The notes: generated by a model not told the origin, from the sequence alone. A stretch of DNA of 49,850 nt from Nemertoderma westbladi (GCA_032718475.1 JAUCBJ010008609.1:1-49850), one strand, 5' to 3'; shown: positions 11,066 through 24,885, counted from the stretch's first letter. Program-made: numbers and translations.

Positions 11066-12150
11066 GTGAGTGATTAGTGATTAATATGGATCATTTGCCA
11101 TGGATTTATTCTGAGTTCAGTAAAATGATTTCTATTCAGTGAGTGCAAGGTAATAGTTATTTTTCATTGCATTTCCTTAAGGGAAACTTTTCTTAGGGAG
11201 GGAAAGGAATGACCTAAACTGTATAATTAATAACATACAAATTATTTCCAATAACAATGCCGTTATCCGACTTTGTGGAGGTATTGTAATAAAATCTGAC
11301 GTAATAAGGAATTTGTTGTTTCTATAATAAATATTTCTTAAAGAACTAACATTCCCTTAACATAACATAATAATTTCAAATGATAGAATCGAATATGTTC
11401 ATTTATTTAGAATGCTCATTCCCGCAACTTTTCAAGAAAATTAATTATTGATTGTATTTCCTCTCATGCTTCACATCAAAGTTTACCCATATTTTCTTCA
11501 TGTTTATATAAATAATTACAAGTCATTAAAATGCTAACTATCTAGAAATCAGCTACACCTACAAGAACGCTCAAATAATCAGCAGTTTGGGAATTTTAAA
11601 CGCCATGTATTTGCGCGCACGTTAGCAGTATAACACGTTGTCCCGGGGCGTAAAACTTAATTTATCACAAGACTAAATCGTTACCTTTCCATCCTTATAT
11701 CGTGTTTTAATGGAGTTACCAGTTTTTCTGTATATAAACCCGGGTTACTGCTCATTCAATCTAATTGGCCCCTCCTTCACAATCAGCAACCTGTTGGATT
11801 GAACCGGCTCATTCCTTGAATGTCTAGTAAGTACTGATAAAGAATACGTTTCCTTGGAATTATATCAAAGTGAACTGCATTATAATTCGATGAATTAGTC
11901 AGCAGTGCCATGGGCTGAACAAACTGAACACGTTGGTTTCTGGAGATACTCGCTTGTCAGCAGGGATTAAGATATCAGATGGCATGTCATCTTACTTGGA
12001 GCGTAAATAAATGGTTTGAATGAGGGAAAATAACAAGGAAATTTTATCACAGAAGATGGCACAGGATGTAGGAGGTTACACACAATGGTTCGGTTTCCTT
12101 TGCAGAAATAATGTGATGACAACATCCGCGGTAGGTAATGGATTGATGAG

Positions 12151-13155
12151 GTACGTTTCGTACGGTACGATACGTTTCGTACGGTATGACACGTTTCGTA
12201 GGGAATGGTACGATACGTTTCGTACAGTACGGTACGTTTCGTACGGTACGGTACGTTTCGTACGGTACGGTACGTTTCGTACGGTACGATACGTTTCGTA
12301 GGGAATGGTACGATACGTTTCGTACGGTACCGTACGTTTCGTAGGGAATGGTACGATACGTTTCGTACGGTACGATACGTTTCGTACGGTATGATACGTT
12401 TCGTAGGGAATGGTACGATACGTTTCGTACAGTATGGTACGTTTCGTACGGTACGGTACGTTTCGTACGGTACGGTACGTTTCGTACGGTATGGTAGGTT
12501 TCGTACGGTACGGTACGTTTCGTACGGTACGGTACGTTTCGTACGGTACGATACGTTTCGTACGGTACGGTACGTTTCGTACGGTACGGTACGTTTCGTA
12601 CGGTACGGTACGTTTCGTACGGTACGGTACGTTTCGTACGGTACGGTACGTTTCGTACGGTACGATACGTTTCATAGGGAATGGTACGATACGTTTCATA
12701 GGGAATGGTACGATACGTTCCATACGGTACCGTACGTTTCGTAGGGAATGGTACGATACGTTTCGTACGGTACGATACGTTTCGTACGATATGATACGTT
12801 TCGTAGGGAATGGTACGATACGTTTCGTACAGTATGGTACGTTTCGTACGGTACGGAACGTTTCGTACGGTACGGTACGTTTCGTACGGTATGGTACGTT
12901 TCGTACGGTACGGTACGTTTCGTACGGTACGGTACGTTTCGTACGGTACGATACGTTTCGTACGGTACGGTACGTTTCGTACGGTACGGTACGTTTCGTA
13001 CAGTATGGTACGTTTCGTACGGTACGGTACGTTTCGTACGGTACGGTACGTTTCGTACGGTATGGTACGTTTCGTATGGTACGTTTCGTACGGTACGGTA
13101 CGTTTCGTACGGTACGATACGTTTCGTACGGTACGGTACGTTTCGTACGGTACGT
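12151..13155. repeat. 19/24-bp satellite (GTACGGTACGGTACGTTTC)n, left block
   Basis: Tandem units with a recurrent 24-bp variant GTAGGGAATGGTACGATACGTTTC. Intronic. Confidence 0.97.
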
Positions 13156-15050
13156 GTTCGCGCTTTTAGACCTTTAGCAGTTTAACCTGCCAAATTTAAG
13201 TGTCTTCTAGGTTATAAATCGACTTTAGCCTATGACAAGTATTTGATGCACTACATTAGCCGAAGCCAGCCTATGCGCGACCATTCACCCGCTGGATTTA
13301 CCCGGGAGACTGGATTCGGATGCTCTGACCTTATTGCGGTGTAGGCCTACTGTATTATTCGATTGATCGTTAATATATAATCTCTGACAAATATTATTCA
13401 TTTTCGGGAAATATTAACAGTTCCTTTAGGACGTGGCGCTCTAAGTATGTAAACAGAGTTATGACTTACACTAAACACAACAGGATGGCTATTGATTTAC
13501 GTATAAAGCGCATTCTTTAGGAGATGCTTTGTTATCTATCACACTCATGCACACTACTGCACAATGCTGCACACCGATCTGCCGACCTTCACTAATTTTA
13601 ATCATATATAAGGAGAACAGCAACCGACACATGTAGGGCCTATGAAATAGCATTCAATTCACTCCAAAGCCACTTTAATGTAAGTCGCAATTGTTATATG
13701 TAACCGGTCTCTCTAACCTTCAGTATATCAAGAAGATTGGGGTTTCTGATTATTGATCGATATTATCCAAATATAACAATATTCCATCAACTGATATAAT
13801 GAATAACCGACAGTAAATAGCAGTAAAAATGCGGTGTTTGTAGTTGACAATATGATTTGACACACTGACTTGTGATTAGTTTGTGTTGCGATATGTGATA
13901 TGATATGATAACAGTTATATGTTTCTATGATCAAGCCTACTAATGTTTGGCTAAAGCCTGAAAACAGAGATTCCAAAGCCGGTCTTCTGGCTGTGGACAA
14001 AATACACATACTGACTCAATTGCATGAGTTTCTGTATACAATCTCCAACACAGAGTCAAAAAACGCTCTGATGGGTCGACCGAATAAAGAGAGAACAAAG
14101 AACAAAGAAATGTTACACGTGGACATATCAGCTGTTAGATGTCGTCATGGTAACTACACTGTATCAAGAGGATTTTGGCTTATTGCGACATAAGATCGCT
14201 AGTTATGTCCGCTAAAGTACACAGCTAGTTATGTCCGCTAAAGTACACATACAGAAGAAATGGCTTTTTATGTCCACTAAAACACCGGTACAGTAAAGAA
14301 ACGGCTTTTATGTCCGTTAAAACACCTACAGAGTACTTTGCGGGGAAAATAACCAGCTAGATCCGCAAAAGCCTTTACAGCCACTATAATGTAAGTCGCA
14401 ATTGCTATATGTAACCGGTCTCTCTAACCTTCAGTATATCAAGAAGATTGGGGTTTTATGGTGATTTATCGATATTCTCCAAATATAACAATATTCCATC
14501 AACTGATACAATTAATAACCGACAGTAAATAGCAGTAAAACAATGCGGTGAATGGTATGTATAATTTAAGATGCTGAGTTAATGCGTGACTTGATATGAT
14601 AACAGTTATACGTTTCTATGATCAAAGCCGATCTAATGTTTGGCTAAAGTCTGAAACACAGAATAATTCCACAGCCGGTGTTCTAGGCTTAGGAAAAATA
14701 CACACTGACTGAATTGCGTGAGTTTCTATATGCACTGTCCAACACAAAGAAAATCGCTCTGATTGGTCGAGTGAGCCGAACAAAGAACAAAGAAAAAGTT
14801 ACACGTGGACATATCAGCTGATAGATGTCGTCATCTTGAACTACACTGTATCAAGAGTATTTGGCGTTATTGTTGGCATTGGCGTTAAAATTGCTAGTTA
14901 TGTCCGCTAAAGTACACATACAGAAGAAATGGCTTTTTATGTCCACTAAAACACCGGTACAGTAAGGAAACGGCTCCTTATGTCCGCCAAAACACCTACA
15001 GAGTACTTTGCGGGGAAAATAACCAGCTAATTCCGCAAAAGCCTTTACAG
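13156..15050. mobile_element. Insert splitting the satellite, with an about 0.7-kb internal tandem duplication
   Basis: About 13668-14380 is repeated at about 14380-15050, both ending CCGCAAAAGCCTTTACAG. The left terminus CGCGCTTTT..GACCTTTAGCAGTTTAACCTGCCAAA recurs at about 49804-49845. Confidence 0.65.
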
Positions 15051-16320
15051 TACGGTACGTTTCGTACGGTACGATACGTTCCGTAGGGAATGGTATGATA
15101 CGTTTCGTACGGTACCGTACGTTTCGTAGGGAATGGTACGATACGTTTCGTACGGTACGATACGTTTCGTACGGTATGATATGTTTCGTAGGGAATGGTA
15201 CGATACGTTTCGTACAGTATGGTACGTTTAGTACGGTACGGTACGTTTCGTACGGTACGGTACGTTTCGTACGGTATGGTACGTTGCGTACGGTACAGTA
15301 CGTTTCGTACAGTATGGTACGTTTCGTACGGTATGGTACGTTTCGTACGGTACGGTACGTTTCGTACGGTACGGTACGTTTCGTACGGTACGGTACGTTT
15401 CGTACGGTACGGTACGTTTCGTACGGTATGGTACGTTGCGTACGGTACGGTACGTTTCGTACAGTATGGTACGTTTCGTACGGTACGGAACGTTTCGTAC
15501 GGTACGCTACGTTTCGTAAGGTATGGTACGTTTCGTAAGGTACGGTACGTTTCGTACGGTACGGTACGTTTCGTACGGTACGATACGTTTCGTACCGTAC
15601 GGTACGTTTTGTACGGTACGGTACGTTTCGTAAGGTATGGTACGTTTCGTACGGTACGGTACGTTTCGTACGGTACGGTACGTTTCGTACGGTACGGTAC
15701 GGTACGTTTCGTACGGTACGGTACGTTTTGTACGGTACGGTACGTTTCGTACGGTACGGTACGTTTCGTACAGTATGGTACGTTTCGTACGGTACGGTAC
15801 GTTTCGTACGGTATGGTACGTTTCGTACGGTACGGTACGTTTCGTACGGTACGGTACGGTACGTTTCGTACGGTGCGGTACGTTTCGTACGGTACGATAC
15901 GTTTCGTACGGTACGGTACGTTTCGTACGGTACGATACGTTTCGTAGGGAATGGTACGATACGTTTCGTACGGTACCGTACGTTTCGTAGGGAATGGTAC
16001 GATACGTTTCGTACGGTACGATACGTTTCGTACGGTATGATACGTTTCGTAGGGAATGGTACGATACGTTTCGTACAGTATGGTACGTTTCGTACGGTAC
16101 GGTACGTTTCGTACGGTACGGTACGTTTCGTACGGTATGGTACGTTGCGTACGGTACGGTACGTTTCGTACAGTATGGTACGTTTCGTACGGTATGGTAC
16201 GTTTCGTACGGTACGGTACGTTTCGTACGGTACGGTACGTTTCGTACGGTACGGTACGTTTCGTACGGTACGGTACGTTTCGTACGGTACGGTACGTTTC
16301 GTACGGTACGATACGTTTCG
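15051..16320. repeat. 19/24-bp satellite, right block
   Basis: Same units and variants as 12151-13155. Confidence 0.97.
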
Positions 16321-19124
16321 TTAACTAGTTGATGTTTTTCTTCGTAAGTTTGGCGAGTCTTTGGACTCTTTTAAATACTTGTTTTGCCCTAACACACACA
16401 CACACAGTATATACTGGCAGCTGACTGAATGGCGCGGGATGTTCAATCATTTCTAAGTAATTTCAAGGCGTACTTAACTATGCGACATGCGTTCTGCAAA
16501 GGATTGAAATTTTAATATATTCACAAGCACAGATATATTATTACAATTATTATAAAATATAAATAACTATTTCTTATATGGTAAACTACATATGCCTTTA
16601 GGACCGACCACCCATGGAATAACTTGTGTTTTATCACGTAGCACGAAATTTTAATTCACAAAATTGCCTATTATACTACCAGTACACGGTAAAGGAACAT
16701 CTGGAATTTTTAGGGAAATAAGTTGCCTTTTTTCCACATCCATGTATTTGTATAAAAAAAGTTCAATTTTCTCCTGAAACGTCGTTTATAAAACGGTGAC
16801 AGACAATTTTGTGGAAAACAACAAATTTAAAAAATATGTAGGACCTATTCTTCAAAGTGAAAAATAACAATAAATTTGTTTCAACTTTGTCTGTTTATTT
16901 TATCATAATTATAGTTTGTTTATCTCTCGCTAGCATTGCTTGTTAGTTGAGGTACTTTAGCAGTTAACGCCTTACAAAACGTCCCAGTAACAACTAACAA
17001 TAACAATGCAAACTCTGCAGATAAGTAAACTTAACATCATTTCATTAGAGTACCGAGTACCATCATGTAGTAAACTAAAGAATAATAATTACGAATTATA
17101 TTTATTTATTTATCAACCACGTTAAGTAAAAAACCTTACCGGTAGGTGTGTTAGTACCAAAATATGTAACAAACGAATAAGCAACAAGACGCTGACGTTG
17201 CATGCAATCAGTGATCAGCTGTAGGTTTCGCCTCGCAGCTGAAGGCATTTCTCAGGAGGACAAGCCAGGAAATGTAGAGATAAATTCACAAAGGGAGACA
17301 GAACGAGTATATAAAATATAAATGAAGAGAGAGGTTTGTAGGTAACTAACCTCTGAGAAGCAAAATAAGAATAATATCCGTAAAGCGGTGACATGTTGTT
17401 TGTTATTTGGTTCATATAATTATAATTACTTCGTTAAATAATGCCGTCGCTTTCGCCTTCGATGTTTTCATCTAATAATTTCCTGTTATCCACCAATTCA
17501 CGCATTCTGACACAAGTTGCTTTCGCTTTGCTTACCTCGTATGAAAAAAATGAACCTCGTACCGGTATAATGCAGTACCGGTAGGTACCTCATATTACCG
17601 TATCCATATCCTAACAACATCCTGCCTCGACCACGAAAATTCAAAGGAAATTGTAATTCGAGACGCCGGCGAAACAGCTAAGAATTCAAAACACATAGCA
17701 ATTAGCGCGCACTCGAAAAGCCACAATTACCGCCCCTCGCACGACCAGTTCCAGTATACCCTTTGTATAGGCTAACACACGACCTCACCCACCACCCACC
17801 AAAGTATGTAAATCACACACTGTCCCACCCTACTGATCTTGTGTTTTCCCATTAAAACCAACCAGATACCCTGTGGCAATCAAATAATATACTGCCATTT
17901 TGACCTATGGTATTCCTTAAGCCTTATTCCCTCTTAACCAGCTAACCTATATTGCCTGAACTCGTGTGGAATATTAAATGAGATATCTGAAACTCCTTAG
18001 CTTCCCCTTACGAAACAAGATTCCACTGATTTATATTCCTTGCCATATGTCTACCTGCCCGATAAGAACTGCATTGTATATGAGGATGTTGGGGGTTATG
18101 TATACCCTACTATCTCCCGTGTTTTGTCATTTACAACGGAAAGACAGCTGCCACATTCAGGTTTCGCCATTAATTACTTTGCCTCTCTGATGACAGCTTT
18201 GGCCGTAATTCCTTTAATCCTTACCTATACAGGCCAAGTCTTCCCTAACTAATAAATAAGGATTCCCTTTCCACATATTAATTCTACAGTAGTCAAGTCA
18301 CCACGTGTTAGTTATATAAAGCATAAGAAATGTCATTACCTTTTTTCTATCCATGGATTGACGGATTCACTTTATTGACATTCCATAAAGTAGCCGCCCA
18401 TGAATATAAATTAGTAATTACTAATTACGGGCGCATTCCCTAAGCATTCCATAACTGACGTACCCATTAAATATTCCGATCACTTTGCAAGTTCGTAAAG
18501 AAAACATAATGTAGAATTAAAAATTATACCATCCACTAACTAAAGACAGGGACATCTTACATATCCATTAGCGGAATTATTACGAAAATTTCGACGCCCA
18601 TGTGAAGAATCTTCCAGGTTTTCACTTATCGGTCGAAATTTTATTGAAATTTTATATGAAGAATTTTTATTTTTTTAATTTTCCCCTTTTTAAGTATTTT
18701 ATAGCGGTTATTTAATCTTATAACCTGTACAGAAATATTAATTATTCGTTTATTGTTTTGAATAGATTCAGCCATTGTGTAACCTGGGATTTTAGTGGCA
18801 TACCTGGTTTTCTTCACATATAGGGTTAAACTGCAAAGTTTACGATATAGTCACTACGTATATAACATCAGAAAGTCTAGTATACTTTATACATGGGCTA
18901 AAATTTTGTTCGGTTTGTGTTTAATATTATTTGAAAATGTTTCATATTCACTTTTATCCGGTATCTTACTATTATAATTCATTGAACTTCGCATGATCAA
19001 TTAAACAGGGTAGGCCTGCTATACATTATAGTAATAAATGTATTCCATACGGAACCAATTAAACCTAAAATTCAGTTAGAGTGAGTGACTATTCGTTTAC
19101 TTACTCACTATAAAATAAACTTTA

Positions 19125-19525
19125 GGGGGGGGGGGGGGGGGGGTGGGGGTGGGGCGTACACCATTTTGGTCCAAAATATGTCGAAATTATTTTTATGATC
19201 TATTATAATGCACGATTAAATGGTGTTTCCAAATCTGAAAACCGCTATTTAAGAGCTCTTTTTAGTTTTCAAGTTATAACAATTTCCATTTAAGGAGACC
19301 TATTGAAATTACTATTACTATGTATAATGAAAGGATATATATATATATATTGGATATATATGGATATATATATTTGTTAATAAAATTTAATACTATTTAT
19401 AACAAACCTAAAAATTAGCATAAATTTGCAGCGCCACCTAGCGGTGCAGAAGTATTTTCAGAAAATTTCGCCTGATAGTTATGTTGCCCCATCTTTGATC
19501 TATCATATAAAAAAAATGGTGTACC

Positions 19526-19556
<31 letters not shown>
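19125..19556. mobile_element. MITE with poly-G/poly-C termini, TTAA-flanked (Kolobok-like)
   Basis: G-run + GTACACCATTTT on the left, AAAATGGTGTAC + C-run on the right. Flanks are TTTA / TTAA. Confidence 0.65.
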
Positions 19557-19683
19557 TTAACTGTTACCTGATAAAGTCATGGATAACCAAAATGAGCAAA
19601 AAACAACCCTTCCCTGTCGTTGCTCGCTGGTCATCGAAAACGTAAGTCTCTACTTTCATCCCAAAATTATTACTTCTTTCCAG

Positions 19684-19832
19684 ATGCGTTGAGACTACAG
19701 ACCAAGGATTAGCCCACTTATCAGTACTTACTGAGCTCCGAAGTCTGACTCTCCGATGGTGCATCTACATAGGAGATTACGGGGTCAAACATCTGGGATC
19801 TCTAATTAATCTACAACTCCTCTCACTAGCTG
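19684..19832 (+). CDS. FBXL16: FBXL16 internal exon
   Basis: Acceptor TTCTTTCCAG and donor G|GTTAG. 149 bp, phase-compatible. Encodes (R)CVETTDQGLAHLSVLTELRSLTLRWCIYIGDYGVKHLGSLINLQLLSLA(G). Absent from the ORF track. Confidence 0.93.
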
Positions 19833-20400
19833 GTTAGGTCCACAAAACCGCTGTAACATCTTCATGTCTAGACTAATTTGTACAATTCGACCTGTTTTTT
19901 CAGGTTATTACAACTTTAGAAGACTCATTAAATTAACACACGTATATACATTGTGTCAACAAATCCCGTATGTTGTAGATGTAATGCCCCATCTGGGTAC
20001 AGGATAACCGTAATTCGAGTTAGTTTGTAAATTTACCCTGATTATAAAATATCAAATTCTTTTCAACTAATAAACTTAGTTTAATGTAAGACACTTTTAG
20101 TTAATTCCCAGGGTTGAGATTCAATTTAAATTAAATATATATTTAATTAATTATTATGAGATTATTCTTACCCAATTAAATTGGGAATGTGGATTTCCAA
20201 TTAACAATCTACATTCTACACACCCCCTCTAAGAAAGAATGCTGCAAGTCGGTTTCAGGTCACTTCGTATCCAATTAACGATTAATTTGTTAACAAAATT
20301 TTAAATTATATCACACATTTAACTTCTAAAATTCTATATATTCCCCCCAATCATTGGGGTGTAACATTCCGTAAAGTTAAGAGTTTGTATTTAATTACAG

Positions 20401-20549
20401 GTTGTCCATCAGTAACCGGAAGAGGGTTGAGTCATCTGGTTAATCTAGAAAATCTCAGAGAATTGGAATTGACAAATTGTCTGGAGGTTAATGACGATAT
20501 CATGGGATTCCTTGAGAACCACCTAACCGGCTGTCAGCTTATATATTAA
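20401..20549 (+). CDS. FBXL16: FBXL16 terminal coding exon
   Basis: Acceptor TTAATTACAG. Encodes (G)CPSVTGRGLSHLVNLENLRELELTNCLEVNDDIMGFLENHLTGCQLIY-stop, resembling the LELTNC C-terminus of FBXL16. Confidence 0.93.
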
Positions 20550-20660
20550 CTACAATCGCTAACCAAATTACTACATGTCACTATGTTGCCGAGGTCAATT
20601 TATTCCCGAGAAATTCACTGTCAACTTTTATTTAAAACTACAGTAAATAATAATGAATTA

Positions 20661-20666
20661 AATAAA
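20661..20666 (+). promoter_or_regulatory. Candidate polyadenylation signal of FBXL16
   Basis: AATAAA about 110 bp after the stop codon. An alternative lies at 20881. Confidence 0.4.
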
Positions 20667-20977
20667 CCCATGTTATTATACATATAAACCATTGTAGTGT
20701 TTAAGATACATCTCAATCACTCTAAGGACTTTGTTATTTTCAACAGATTTTCAATATTTTCGGAACTGTTTTATTTTACACTGTTAACTTTATTTGCAGG
20801 TGTTAAGTAATGTAGCACTTTATCTTATAAAATCAAATCACACACACCTGCAAAAACATAATATTTGGTGCGAAAATTAGAATAAATAATTATTATACTA
20901 CATTGTTGTCAATATTATACGTTAATGTATTCTTCAGAGATTAGTTGCGAGTAGGAAAACATAATATCAACAGAGTA

Positions 20978-23333
20978 AAACATAGCGAGGTAAGGGGTGG
21001 GTGAGGGAGGATACAAAAAAAACATAAACGAGGTATGGGGTGGGTGAGGGAGGATACAAAAAAACATAAACGAGGTATGGGGTGGGTGAGGGAGGATACA
21101 AAAAAATATAAACGAGGTATGGGGTGGGTGAGGGAGGATACAAAAAAACATAAACGAGGTATGGGGTGGGTGAGGGAGGGAGGATACAAAAAAACATAAA
21201 CGAGGTATGGGGTGGGTGAGGGAGGGAGGATACAACAAAACATAAACGAGGTATGGGGTGGGTGAGGGAGGGAGGATACAAAAAACATAAACGAGGTATG
21301 GGGTGGGTGAGGGAGGATACAAAAAAACATAAACGAGGTATGGGGTGGGTGAGGGAGGAAGGATACAAAAAAACATAAACGAGGTATGGGGTGGGTGAGG
21401 GAGGGAGGATACAAAAAAACATAAACGAGGTATGGGGTGGGTGAGGGAGGGAGGATACAAAAAAACATAAACGAGGTATGGGGTGGGTGAGGGAGGATAC
21501 AAAAAAACATAAACGAGGTATGGGGTGGGTGAGGGAGGGAGGATACAAAAAAACATAAACGAGGTATGGGGTGGGTGAGGGAGGGAGGATACAAAAAACA
21601 TAAACGAGGTATGGGGTGGGTGAGGGAGGATACAAAAAAACATAAACGAGGTATGGGGTGGGTGAGGGAGGAAGGATACAAAAAAACATAAACGAGGTAT
21701 GGGGTGGGTGAGGGAGGGAGGATACAAAAAAACATAAACGAGGTATGGGGTGGGTGAGGGAGGGAGGATACAAAAAAACATAAACGAGGTATGGGGTGGG
21801 TGAGGGAGGATACAAAAAAACATAAACGAGGTATGGGGTGGGTGAGGGAGGGAGGATACAAAAAAACATAAACGAGGTATGGGGTGGGTGAGGGAGGGAG
21901 GATACAAAAAACATAAACGAGGTATGGGGTGGGTGAGGGAGGATACAAAAAAACATAAACGAGGTATGGGGTGGGTGAGGGAGGGAGGATACAAAAAAAC
22001 ATAAACGAGGTATGGGGTGGGTGAGGGAGGGAGGATACAAAAAACATAAACGAGTATGGGGTGGGTGAGGGAGGATACAAAAAACATAAACGAGGTATGG
22101 GGTGGGTGAGGGAGGATACAAAAAAACATAAACGAGGTATGGGGTGGGTGAGGGAGGAAGGATACAAAAAAACATAAACGAGGTATGGGGTGGGTGAGGG
22201 AGGGAGGATACAAAAAAACATAAACGAGGTATGGGGTGGGTGAGGGAGGGAGGATACAAAAAAACATAAACGAGGTATGGGGTGGGTGAGGGAGGATACA
22301 AAAAAACATAAACGAGGTATGGGGTGGGTGAGGGAGGGAGGATACAAAAAAACATAAACGAGGTATGGGGTGGGTGAGGGAGGGAGGATACAAAAAAACA
22401 TAAACGAGGTATGGGGTGGGTGACGGAGGATACAAAAAAATATAAACGAGGTATGGGGTGGGTGAGGGAGGATACAAAAAAACATAAACGAGGTATGGGG
22501 TGGGTGAGGGGGGATACAAAAAAACATAAACGAGTTATGGGGTGGGTGAGGGAGGATACAAAAAACATAAACGAGGTATGGGGTGGGTGAGGGAGGATAC
22601 AAAAAAACATAAACAAGGTATGGGGTGGGTGAGGGAGGGAGGATACAAAAAAACATAAACGAGGTATGGGGTGGGTGAGGGGGGATACAAAAAAACATAA
22701 ACGAGGTATGGGGTGGGTGAGGGAGGGAGGATACAAAAAAACATAAACGAGGTATGGGGTGGGTGAGGGAGGATACTAAAAAACATAAACGAGGTATGGG
22801 GTGGGTGAGGGGGGATACAAAAAAACATAAACGAGGTATGGGGTGGGTGAGGGAGGATACAAAAAAACATAAACGAGGTATGGGGTGGGTGAGGGGGGAT
22901 ACAAAAAAACATAAACGAGGTATGGGGTGGGTGAGGGAGGGAGGATACAATAAAACATAAACGAGGTATGGGGTGGGTGAGGGGGGATACAAAAAAACAT
23001 AAACGAGGTATGGGGTGGGTGAGGGAGGATACAAAAAAACATAAACGAGGTATGGGGTGGGTGAGGGGGGATACAAAAAAACATAAACGAGTTATGGGGT
23101 GGGTGAGGAAGGATACAAAAAACATAAACGAGGTATGGGGTGGGTGAGGGGGGATACAAAAAAACATAAACGAGGTATGGGGTGGGTAAGGGAGGATACA
23201 AAAAAACATAAACGAGGTATGGGGTGGGTGAGGGGGGATACAAAAAAACATAAACGAGGTATGGGGTGGGTGAGGGAGGATACAAAAAAACATAAACGAG
23301 GTATGGGGTGGGTGAGGGGGGATACACAAAAAA
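20978..23333. repeat. 42/46-bp G-rich satellite (ACATAAACGAGGTATGGGGTGGGTGAGGGAGG[GAGG]ATACAAAAAA)n
   Basis: Roughly 54 tandem units with strong purine strand bias. Confidence 0.97.
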
Positions 23334-24688
23334 TTATAATAATCGCATAATACTGTATTTGAGAATTTGAGTGTGATAGTAGTTATTATTAAGTAGGCCT
23401 AATTAACTACAATATCATACGAACTACCGGTACGCATGAACCCGACAACTATAAACTGAATTCAGTTTCCAAGTTGTGTAAAAACCTATGTAACTAACTT
23501 TCGCAGTCCAACATTTTGAATAAAAAATGATCTTCTACTTCAAATTTAATTGTTAACAGAGCAAAATAAAACTGCGTATTGCATGGGAAACAAATGCAGA
23601 AAACTCTTTTATTTCCTAAGCAGAAAATACTTTATAATTAGAGTAGTCATTCATTTTTTATATTGATCTACATAGTTCTATTAAATACAATGCTTTACTT
23701 AGAATTTACATACTAATGTTTTAGGCCTACCTGTCAGCCTGTCATTGGTGTATTGCGACACCACAATAATTGTTTGATGTTAACTGTACAGTGTTATTTA
23801 TCAGTACACTGGTGTGCTATCATACAAAATATCGTTATTAATAATTTTATGTGTATCTGTGACACAATGTGTTATTCAATGATAAAGTGATGAATACTTA
23901 AAAACACGTGTTCATGAGGCCTTCGCGCAGCACGAGGCTCAATTATGAGATACAAATTAAAATTTAATTTCTAAGAGCTTCTTAATAATGCAGCTACAAT
24001 GCTGCATGCTGATAGTTGTAGTGGTACTGTAGTAGGCCTATTTCCGGCAGGTGACCACCGGTGACACAAAGCTAAAATTTTCGTTGTTTTCCTGTGATTT
24101 CATTTCCGATAGCCTGTTACCTTGGTTACCTTGTCTGTCTGTTTGTCTGTCCAATTATCGATAACAAATCTTACTTGTATTTTTTTTCATTTGCACTTTT
24201 CGTCCAAAAATGACAAAAATACGAAGTAGTCTTAGTAGGATTGTCTGAATAATCTTACCGTAGGATTCAACGACCCCAAAAATCACACAAAAATTACAAT
24301 TGGAGTAATATGACAAATCTGTGATTATGATTCCAAATCGTGTTTAATTTCCTTTTATGATATTAATAATAATATAATAAATATAACTAATTAATAAAAT
24401 AATTGAACCGTGAATAACTTTCTCCCTTTATTTCTGAAAATAAATCCCAAAAGGCGCAAAATTTTAAGGCAAAATCGAAATTTCCGGCTTCATGGGGTTA
24501 ACGACGGTGAGTGGAACTAGTTGTGTTTCTAATTTCAAGCAATATGATAAAGATTTGTAGAAAAATCTGGGGGGGGGGGGGGGTCCGTGTCATCAGAAAA
24601 TGACACTATATTACGGGACATGGTATATATATTATCTATAGTAAACAGCAATTGAGATAAAATGATTCACAGATTCAGTTATTATATT

Positions 24689-24885
24689 TAATTTCCAATT
24701 AAAACAATATTATGGCAAATAAAATAAATAAAATAATAAATATGAGGTAAAATACTGTATTTAAAATTATTTATAAAAATTCTTATTATTAAAATTTTTA
24801 TAAATAATTTTAAATACAGTATTTTACCTCATATTTATTATTTTATTTATTTTATTTGCCATAATATTGTTTTAATTGGAAATTA
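24689..24885. repeat. Perfect AT-rich inverted repeat, 93-bp arms, 11-nt spacer
   Basis: 24689-24781 is the exact reverse complement of 24793-24885. Confidence 0.93.

Noticed and set aside
12020-16332. Arg/Tyr/Val-rich ORFs
   Set aside because: They are translations of the 19/24-bp satellite inside the FBXL16 intron.
20915-23350. Long Pro/Phe/His-rich ORFs
   Set aside because: They come from the 42/46-bp satellite and are open in all frames on one strand.
23985-24035. Tiny remnant of the LINE 3' end (also about 26535-26565)
   Set aside because: It is too short and diverged to delimit as a separate feature.
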